Source: Haliotis rufescens
Lineage: Eukaryota
Length of the DNA stretch: 64,000 bases
NCBI RefSeq assembly: GCF_023055435.1
Contig: NW_025964383.1
Span: 36,642,001 to 36,706,000, forward strand
Direction of reading: 5' to 3'
Shown here in pieces: positions 55,468-64,000 of the stretch (within the stretch, counting starts at the first letter, position 1; each line of letters starts with the position of its first letter). The position numbers were made by a program, and so were the translations under genes. The notes under the pieces were generated by a model that was not told the DNA's origin, did no database searches, and saw only the letters and a program-made list of their open reading frames with translations.

Positions 55468-55730
55468 TGGTTTGTTGTTTGGTTTGTTGTTTAACGCCGC
55501 ACTCAGCAATATTCCAGCTATATGACGGCGGTCTGTAAATAATCGAGTCTGGACCAGACAATCCAGTGATTGATATCATGAGCATCGATCCACGCAATTG
55601 GAATCGATGACATGTATCAACCAAGTCAGAGAGCCTGACCACCCGATCCCGTTAGTCGCCTTTTTACGACAAGCATAGTCACCTTTTACTGCAAGCATGG
55701 GTTGCTGAAGACCTATTCTACCCCGGAATC
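55468..55730 (-). mobile_element. SINE (family A) with a 12-bp target-site duplication, inserted in DIRS RNase H
   Basis: Flanked by gtttctggatgt (55456-55467) and gtttctgggtgt (55731-55742). Confidence 0.9.
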
Positions 55731-56984
55731 GTTTCTGGGTGTAAGCCACTACTGTCCATGGCTATGAGGATGGACGATTGTGAGAAATGTATCTTCCATT
55801 CCAGGATGGCGTAATAGATGGCCTTCATTTCCTTTCAGTTGATATGAAGATCCTTCTCTCCGATGTTCCAAGATCCCTGTACCGTGAGATCCTCCCTATT
55901 GGCTCCCCATCCTGAATCTGATGCGTTTGTGAAAAGATGGTGTTCGGGTGTCAGAGAAGTCAAAAGCTCATCACATGCTCTATGTGAATCACCAATGCTG
56001 TGCTGTCATGACTTGAATGTGATAGAACCATTGTGATAGTCTTGACGAATCGATTCTCTGATGGGCATAGATATCCCTTGTTTAGTTGGAATCTCGCTCC
56101 GATGTATATGATGTCTTGAACCGACGTGGTCTCGGACTTGGAAGAATTGACTAGGAAGCCGAGGTAGGTCATAAGTTGGACCAAGAATATCATGTCCTGG
56201 TGTAACTGAGCTTCCTTTTGGTCTGCAGCCAGGAAATCGTCCAGGTATCCATGGATTCAAACAAGCTTGAGGTGGCAAACCTGATGACTGGCTCTGTAAG
56301 GCAAGGGGCTATTGATATCCTGAATGACAAGACCTGGAACTCTTTACGTTGACCATTGATCACGAAGCATAGATATTTGCGTGACGATTGGTGTATCGCG
56401 AAGTGAAGACAGACATCTTTTAAATCAAGGCTGATAAACCAGTCTCCTATCTCCTGGATTCCATCTGGAGTCTTTGCGGGGGTACGAGGAATTTCTTGTT
56501 GAGGATCTTTAGGTCAATTAGAGCTTCCTGACGGCCAGATCTGCTGCCACTAGCTTGGCTCCGACTGGATGAAATCTGCGTCCGACGGCTTGAGTCTTAA
56601 AGATAGGATGTTTCTTGAAGTGCAGTTTGTTTCTGTGAGCCGTACGGCTTATCAGTTGGCTGAACAGCTGGCAGTCTGGCTGTCAGGATGGATGGTTGAT
56701 CGGTACGGTCGGCTGGGGTAGGCCCTTCACCCGTGTGTGCTGTAGAGACAGATGGCACTTGACCGGGGGACTTTTCTTAGCCAGAGGTATATGATTAGTC
56801 TCCATATTCCCCATTTCTTCGTTTAGGGCTGAGAATCGAGGCAGTTGTTTCTCAGCACTTCATGCAGTTAACATGAGAATCTCCCGTGATCATGAATCAA
56901 CCACACTTCTTGCAACCAGGAGTAGAGGAGACTTCATTACGACCTCACAATCACACCAGTTAATACTCACGTGCGTGACCCCGC

Positions 56985-57300
56985 TGGTCAACCAAAATTT
57001 ATGTTTCACCATGATTCCATGGAAACGGCAAAAAAATTTAAAATCAGAATCTTCAAACTAGCAAAACACCCACCCTAAACGTTTAAATTTCTAATGTTTC
57101 CATGGAAACGGCAACAAAATTTAAAAATCGGAATCTTCAAACTAGGAAAAGGCACAAGTACTCATTGTGGTTAATGTGTGTAGAAAGCTTAGTTAAGCTA
57201 GGGTGCATGGTTAAAATGGGCCGTACAAAAGCTCGGTCGGAAGGACGGACGGACGGACGGAGGGACGGACAGACGGAACGCTATAATAATCTTAGATTAA
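56985..57300 (+). mobile_element. Non-autonomous element relic with an internal duplication and a (GGAC)n tract (HINE/Helentron-associated-like)
   Basis: Duplicated ttccatggaaacggca...aatcttcaaactag followed by ggacggacggacgg. Similar architecture at ~35860-36240. Confidence 0.45.
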
Positions 57301-57796
57301 TGTGACTTACAACCAAGTGCTAGATTGTTACACTATTACAATAGGTGTTGACTCAAGCACACACAGGAAAAAAGTGAGGTTCCCGCGACTGCATACGTCA
57401 TAGATTGGATGGTTACGATGCTATTTGTGTGTGATTGACAGTGAAGAGGACGTCTGTTGAAAATCTGAAAATTTTAGCTAGTGTGACTGAAGCCGAAAGG
57501 ATTTATGGCAAAGATGTATGAGAAGTATAGATTTCGTATATTATTATAACTGCTTTCCTGTTCTGTCATTCGCTTAACTTTGCTCGACGCGACGACTTCA
57601 GTTTGATTCAATAACGTTTGCAAAGTTCCTGGCAAACCATACACGAAGATGACGTCATAGTGCATAACATATAAACGAAGCGTTGACTTCTAATAGGTCA
57701 GCTAATTACCTGATGCTAAAATTACGTCTAATGTCTAGAGTTGAAGTTGTGACTATAAGCATGAATGATCTTTTCATGGGCATTCTTTGTACTTAC

Positions 57797-57845
57797 CTTT
57801 TGTAGCCTGGAAATACCCAATGAGGATCTTGTCTTCAACTAGAAA
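57797..57845 (-). CDS. Exon 6, 49 nt, phase 0->1 (FLVEDKILIGYFQATK)
   Basis: ttcttgtttctctag|...AAAG|gtaagt. FLVED parallels MIVDD of exon 18. Confidence 0.78.
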
Positions 57846-57969
57846 CTAGAGAAACAAGAACAATATAAGTCGCATACAGTCATGAATACATAGTTGTATG
57901 TTGTTTTGTTTTATCTTGCTTCTTACCAGATATATATTTTTCGTGTTTGCCCCTGTCTCATATTCTCAC

Positions 57970-58073
57970 CTCTTTTATGCTGCACAGAACATCTTTCTGT
58001 CCATGTATTCTCTGTTTAAACTCCATGAGTTGAGGTTTCATCCTAATCGCCAGGAGGTCCCGACCCCCACACA
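57970..58073 (-). CDS. Exon 5, 104 nt, phase 1->0 (V-CGGRDLLAIRMKPQLMEFKQRIHGQKDVLCSIKE)
   Basis: gtcttctgttacag|...AGAG|gtgaga. Confidence 0.8.
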
Positions 58074-58266
58074 CTGTAACAGAAGACACCCGTTTACTTG
58101 TGAGAACAGTTTTCCAAAGGATGAATGAAGGATATTTCTTATGGTAAGCAAGCTTAAAGAACAACGCAGCCAGGCACAGCATATACTTCTTACACCTTGG
58201 TATCTCACCATGAATGACACACTAGTTCATATTGCTTCACTATGTGTTTAACCTCCTCATTCTCAC

Positions 58267-58324
58267 CTGGTGAAAGGTCGTCAACTGGAAGATGTCGAAG
58301 TGCCTTTTCCTTTCGATCAAGTTC
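58267..58324 (-). CDS. Exon 4, 58 nt, phase 0->1 (ELDRKEKALRHLPVDDLSP)
   Basis: tttgtcaatattgtag|...CCAG|gtgaga. Confidence 0.8.
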
Positions 58325-59646
58325 CTACAATATTGACAAACAAAAATAAATGAATACAACAAAACTGATAGTGACGCAAAGCCCTCACCATTGCACTTCA
58401 GAATCACATGGCCAAATTCACACGTGTATAATAGACTATTTCTCATCAAATGTCGAAGTGTACTTATAACTATCAATGGATGTTTATACCAATGTCAGTG
58501 AAATGATTGACCATTCCAATGAACGCGATGAAGGTGTATTTTGGGGCAAAGCTATCTTTAAACAGCGAACACTGGCGACATAACAACAGCTATAACTGTT
58601 CTGAAACATATGCAGCTTATATGGCAATGTGTCGATACTGATTTACTTGTACCGGCCCCGAATACCACATGCTATTTGACCATTACATGCCAGATGCTTT
58701 CTTGGCAACAACGGGATATTGTCGGTTAAGCGACACTAGCAACGGTAGGGATAACTATCACTATAGATAGTTCATTGATTCGGTGATTTCCAAAAGCCAG
58801 ATCTCTGCAACAGGACCATCCTTAGCTTGTTGTTACAAGCCAAATAATCTCTGCCGTGTGTTAATGCATTTTGCGAGATTCTTTTCGGAGGATGTTGTCT
58901 GTTAGCGAGACACTGTTGTACACAAGTAATATAATTATTTAAACAAATGTTTGATTATGCTAGTTTAAGTATATTTAAATCTAGCAGGGCAAAGTTCCTG
59001 AGGATTACTTTTTGAGCAGCGATTGAGCAGCGAATATTCTAACATGACTATATCTGAGAGTGTGACATTTTGTTACTGTCATCATCTCACCTGTGGTGTT
59101 TGAGCAAAAGGAAGACTTGCCTTACAATGATATATTTTTGATGTATATATATCATATTGCCATTTTTAAGAAAAGTACTTGAGACTATCATAAAACCAGT
59201 AGCGGTTGACTAAAGAAACACTGATAATTCTTAACGGTGCAAATAAAGGGCAAAAACAGGCTGAATGTTATCGGCCTGAAAAGGTACAGTATTGTACTGG
59301 CACCTACTGAAGTCAGTGTGCACATTAGTAATCAGGAATGCTGTCATCACGCAAGTAATGCCGTGTCAGCTAAACGATATCAGGCGTGAAAAGGACCAGT
59401 ATTGGACCATGGAGCCGGTACCTAAAATGTACTTCCAAGTCAATGTGCAAACCAGTAGTAAGCAGTGGATGGGGCGGACTCACTGTTGTAATCGGGCTGC
59501 TATTGGTCTAAGTATGCAATGTTAGCTGGGGTGTGTTTTGAATGGCTATACCATTATTAAATGTCGAGGTTGATGACGAATTGAGTCTTCACCCTCAAAA
59601 TGTTATACATTACGTTACTATTATATAACTATTCGGTGTCACTCAC

Positions 59647-59732
59647 AGTCATGGGGCGCTTTGATTTTACAGAAAAAAGCCGCAACACGTCCATTTCTTC
59701 AAAAAGGAAGTTTATTTGTCTTTGCCAGTGAT
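59647..59732 (-). CDS. Exon 3, 86 nt, phase 1->0 (D-HWQRQINFLFEEMDVLRLFSVKSKRPMT)
   Basis: tttcatgtctttccag|...GACT|gtgagt. Confidence 0.82.
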
Positions 59733-60118
59733 CTGGAAAGACATGAAACGTAAAGACACAAGTAAACCCCAGAAAGCAAAAGCATGCTACAATCAACATG
59801 TTTAAATATCCTACAGGCAGCAGGTTGTCATATTTCTGCCTTACCTCGGTCAAAACAACAACAAAAAAACATTACTGTCAAAGGGGTCTTAAATTAAGAC
59901 ACTGTTGGTGCATCTTGTGAACAAACTGTGATACATTTCACACAAGAACTGATACACATGTTTACAAACATCTCAGCCTTGAACCGTTGAGGACGTTGAG
60001 GATACCCTTATTTAGTGGAACATGTGGAATATTTGCTGAATATTCCCGAAATATCTTAATAACTGATCAATATGAGAACATGCAATATATATATTATTCT
60101 TGCGTGTTATGAACTCAC

Positions 60119-60161
60119 CATTTTCCAATGCATCTATTTGTCCTTTAATGCTGTCCACCTC
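60119..60161 (-). CDS. Exon 2, 43 nt, phase 0->1 (EVDSIKGQIDALEN)
   Basis: tgtatgtttcag|...AATG|gtgagt. Heptad-like peptide. Confidence 0.8.
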
Positions 60162-60446
60162 CTGAAACATACAATTAATTCATTATTCTTCTCACTGATT
60201 TTATTAATACACGCTCATACACTACATACACATACAAGCTGATGTAGATAACTAACCACGTGTAAGACAGTCATCAACGAAGTCATGAAGTTTTTTGTGG
60301 TCCATGTCAGTCAAGTGGTAAAGCAAAGCCTCACGGTAATTTCTTTAAGTCTATAATCGTTACATGTTACAAGATATGCTTATATAAGCCGATGTAAGAC
60401 TCCCAGTCACATATTGTACTTATTCAAAGCATCTATGTATACTTAC

Positions 60447-60496
60447 TCTTTTCATGGCTGTGTAACGCTTCTTCAGGTTTGCCAATTCCATTTGAA
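60447..60496 (-). CDS. Exon 1 of the reconstructed chain (internal exon), 50 nt, phase 1->0 (QMELANLKKRYTAMKR)
   Basis: aatctttgttgcag|...AAGA|gtaagt. The true first exon was not identified and may lie beyond 64000. Confidence 0.8.
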
Positions 60497-60879
60497 CTGC
60501 AACAAAGATTGTTATTAACAGTCATAGCACTCAAATACTTTGAATTGTTTTACAATGTATTTCTGCAAAGTAGTAGCAACTGTGAAAATGTATATTCTAC
60601 ATGCGATCGTAATGTCGTTTTATTCAACTGGGGTTTTTTTCATGGCGAAATCAATTCAAAGAGTCTAAAGTGTTGTCGTCGTGATATAACGCTAACGTTT
60701 TCCTGTTCTACCTCACAAAGTATCTCGAATTCAGGTGACAAAAACCCATAGACATTGACATGTGAGTATCTTTGCATGTTATGTACAGTCCACAAACCTA
60801 CCTGGTATCTGCCCCCCTTCCATGAATCAAGGTAACGAGTGTTTCTTGCTCGTATAGGTACATTTTACTTTTCGATCTC

Positions 60880-63800
60880 TTAATTTGTTCTGATTACAAA
60901 AACCCTTGTGGGGAGTACAGCCTAATGTCTTCAGGCTACACGACCCCTGTGGGTATTACAGCTTAATGTGTTCATGAGCTACACGAGTCTCATGGGTAGT
61001 ACAGCTTAATGTGTTAAGGCTACACGAGCCTCGTGGGTAGTACAGCTTATAGTGTTCTTACTACAAGACCCTTGTGGGTAGTACAGCTTAATGTGTTAAG
61101 ACTACAAGACCCTTGTGGGCAGTACAGCTTGATGTGTTCAGGCTACACGAGCCTTGTGTTTAGTACAGCTTAATGTGTTAGGGCTACATGAGCCTCGTGG
61201 GTAGTACAGCTTAATGTATTCTGACTACACGGCCCTTTAGGGTAGTACAGTTTAATTTGTTCTGACTACACAACCCTTGTGGGTAGCAGAGCTTTCTGTG
61301 TTCTGACTACAAGACCCTTGTCGGTAGTACAGCTTAATTTGTTCTGATTACAAAAACCCTTGTGGGGAGTACAGCCTAATGTCTTCAGGCTACACGACCC
61401 CTGTGGGTATTACAGCTTAATGTGTTCATGAGCTACACGAGTCTCATGGGTAGTACAGCTTAATGTGTTAAGGCTACACGAGCCTCGTGTATAGTACAGC
61501 TTATAGGGTTCAAACTACACGACCCTTGTGGGTAATACAGGTTATTGTGTTAAGGCTACACGAGCCTCGTGGGTAGAACAGCTTAATGCGTTCTGACTAC
61601 ACGACCCTTGTGGGTAATACAGCGTATATGGTTCAAAATACACAACCCTTGTGGGTAGTACAGCTAATAGGTATCACACTACACGACCATTGTGGGTAGT
61701 ACAGAGTAATGTGTTCAGGCTACACGAGCCTCGTGGGTAGTACAGCTTATAGTGTTCTTACTACAAGACCCTTGTGGGTATTACAGCTTAATGTGTTCAT
61801 GAGCTACACGAGTCTCATGGGTAGTACAGCTTAATGTGTTAAGGCTACACGAGCCTCGTGTATAGTGCAGCTTATATGGTTCACACTACACAACCCTTGT
61901 GGGTAGTACAGCTAATAGGTATCACACTACACGACCATTATGGGTAGTACAGAGTAATGTGTTCAGGCTACACGAGCCTCGTGGGTAGTACAGCTTATAG
62001 TGTTCTTACTACAAGACCCTTGTGGGCAGTACAGCTTGATGTGTTCAGGCTACACGAGCCTTGTGTTTAGTACAGCTTAATGTGTTAGGGCTACATGAGC
62101 CTCGTGGGTAGTACAGCTTAATGTATTCTGACTACACGGCCCTTTAGGGTAGTACAGTTTAATTTGTTCTGACTACACAACCCTTGTGGGTAGCAGAGCT
62201 TTCTGTGTTCTGACTACAAGACCCTTGTCGGTAGTACAGCTTAATTTGTTCTGATTACAAAAACCCTTGTGGGGAGTACAGCCTAATGTCTTCAGGCTAC
62301 ACGACCCCTGTGGGTATTACAGCTTAATGTGTTCATGAGCTACACGAGTCTCATGGGTAGTACAGCTTAATGTGTTAAGGCTACACGAGCCTCGTGTATA
62401 GTACAGCTTATAGGGTTCAAACTACACGACCCTTGTGGGTAATACAGGTTATTGTGTTAAGGCTACACGAGCCTCGTGGGTAGAACAGCTTAATGCGTTC
62501 TGACTACACGACCCTTGTGGGTAATACAGCGTATATGGTTCAAAATACACAACCCTTGTGGGTAGTACAGCTAATAGGTATCACACTACACGACCATTGT
62601 GGGTAGTACAGAGTAATGTGTTCAGGCTACACGAGCCTCGTGGGTAGTACAGCTTATAGTGTTCTTACTACAAGACCCTTGTGGGTATTACAGCTTAATG
62701 TGTTCATGAGCTACACGAGTCTCATGGGTAGTACAGCTTAATGTGTTAAGGCTACACGAGCCTCGTGTATAGTGCAGCTTATATGGTTCACACTACACAA
62801 CCCTTGTGGGTAGTACAGCTAATAGGTATCACACTACACGACCATTATGGGTAGTACAGAGTAATGTGTTCAGGCTACACGAGCCTCGTGGGTAGTACAG
62901 CTTATAGTGTTCTTACTACAAGACCCTTGTGGGAAGTACAGCTTGATGTGTTCAGGCTACACGAGCCTTGTGTTTAGTACAGCTTAATGTATTCTGACTA
63001 CACGACCCTTGTGGGTAGTACAGTTTAATTTGTTCTGACTACACAACCCTTGTGGGTAGCAGAGCTTTCTGTGTTCTGACTACAAGACCCTTGTCGGTAG
63101 TACAGCTTGATTTGTTCTGATTACAAAAACCCTTGTGGGGAGTACAGCCTAATGTCTTCAGGCTACACGACCCCTGTGGGTATTACAGCTTAATGTGTTC
63201 AGGCTACAAGACCCTTGTGGGGAGTACAGCTTAATGTGTTCAGGCTATACGACCCCTGTGGGTATAACAGCTTAATGTGTTCAGGCTACAAGACCCTTGT
63301 GGGGAGTACAGCCTAATGTCTTCAGGCTACACGACCCCTGTGGGTATTACAGCTTAATGTGATCAGGCTACAAGACCCTTGTGGGGAGTACAGCTTAATG
63401 TGTTCTGATTACAAAAACCCTTGTGGGTAGTACAGCCTAATGTCTTCAGGCTACACGACCCTTGTGGGTATTACAGCTTAATGTGTTCAGGCTACACGAC
63501 CCTTGTGGGTAGTAAAGCTAATAGGTATCACACTACACAACCCTTATGGGTAGCACAGCTTTCTGTGTTATGACTACAAGACCCTTGTGGGTAGTACAGC
63601 TTAATTTGTTCTGACTACACGACCATTGCTGGTAGTACAGCTTAATGTGTTGCGGCTACACGAGCCTCGTGGGTAGTACAGCTTATAGTGTTCTGACTAC
63701 AAGACCCTTGCGGGTAGTACAGCTTAATGTGTTCAGGCTACAAGACCCTTTTTGGTAGTACAGCTTAATGTGTTCTGATTACAAAAACCCTTGTGGGTAG

Positions 63801-64000
63801 TACAGCTTAATTTGTTCTGACTACACGACCATTGTGGGAAATACAGCTTAATGTGTTTAGGCTACACGAGCCGCGTGGGTAATACAGCTTATAGTGTTCT
63901 GACTACACGAGTCTTGTGGGTAGTACAGTTGAATTTGCTCTGACTACACGACCAGTCTAGGTAGTACAGTTTATAGGGTTCACACTACACGACCCTCGTG
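60880..64000. repeat. ~41-bp satellite with higher-order repeats, continuing beyond the window
   Basis: gtgggtagtacagcttaatgtgttcaggctacacgagcctc variants. The marker tgattacaaaaaccc occurs at 60891, 61345, 62252 and 63118. Confidence 0.96.

Larger units (their letters stand above)
49460..56870 (-). mobile_element. Decayed DIRS1-like retrotransposon (RT, RNase H, MT-like, YR) split by a LINE and a SINE
   Basis: RT GDWFISLDLKDV (~56445) and YLGFLVNSSKS. RNase H FTNASDSGWGA. MT-like DALSMDW...AYAFP...IAPIWPSRAWFPRL (54909-55259). YR AARVSEFHA...AKNQ (49533-49838). Boundaries approximate. Confidence 0.85.

Noticed and set aside
60802-60880. Possible start exon MEGGQIP before a gtaggt donor
   Set aside because: Phase-compatible with exon 1, but there is no acceptor or promoter support; cannot be established from sequence alone.

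Overview
Eukaryotic, repeat-rich genomic DNA, probably mollusc: the SINE families resemble abalone (Haliotis) SINEs as I recall them, which is inference. The ORF track is almost all satellite noise and misses the main feature. By reading splice sites by hand I reconstruct one minus-strand gene spanning at least 60496 to 3034. It has 19 phase-compatible GT-AG exons: 18 short ones (28-168 nt) and a 674-nt terminal exon encoding a PRY-SPRY/B30.2 domain, giving about 620 aa with the 5' end not found. The N-terminal part is helical/coiled-coil and contains an internally duplicated six-exon module (50/43/86/58/104/49 nt versus 50/43/95/58/107/40 nt, identical phases). Bases 1-858 are a near-identical copy of the intron just upstream of the B30.2 exon, which predicts a second B30.2 exon beginning about 30 bp outside the window. 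The introns hold a 17.4-kb 44-bp satellite with higher-order structure, several minisatellites, two decayed tyrosine-recombinase (DIRS/Ngaro) retrotransposons, two decayed LINEs, a Tc1 relic split by a SINE and a minisatellite, further SINEs and a fold-back element. No rRNA, true tRNA or CRISPR array is supported.
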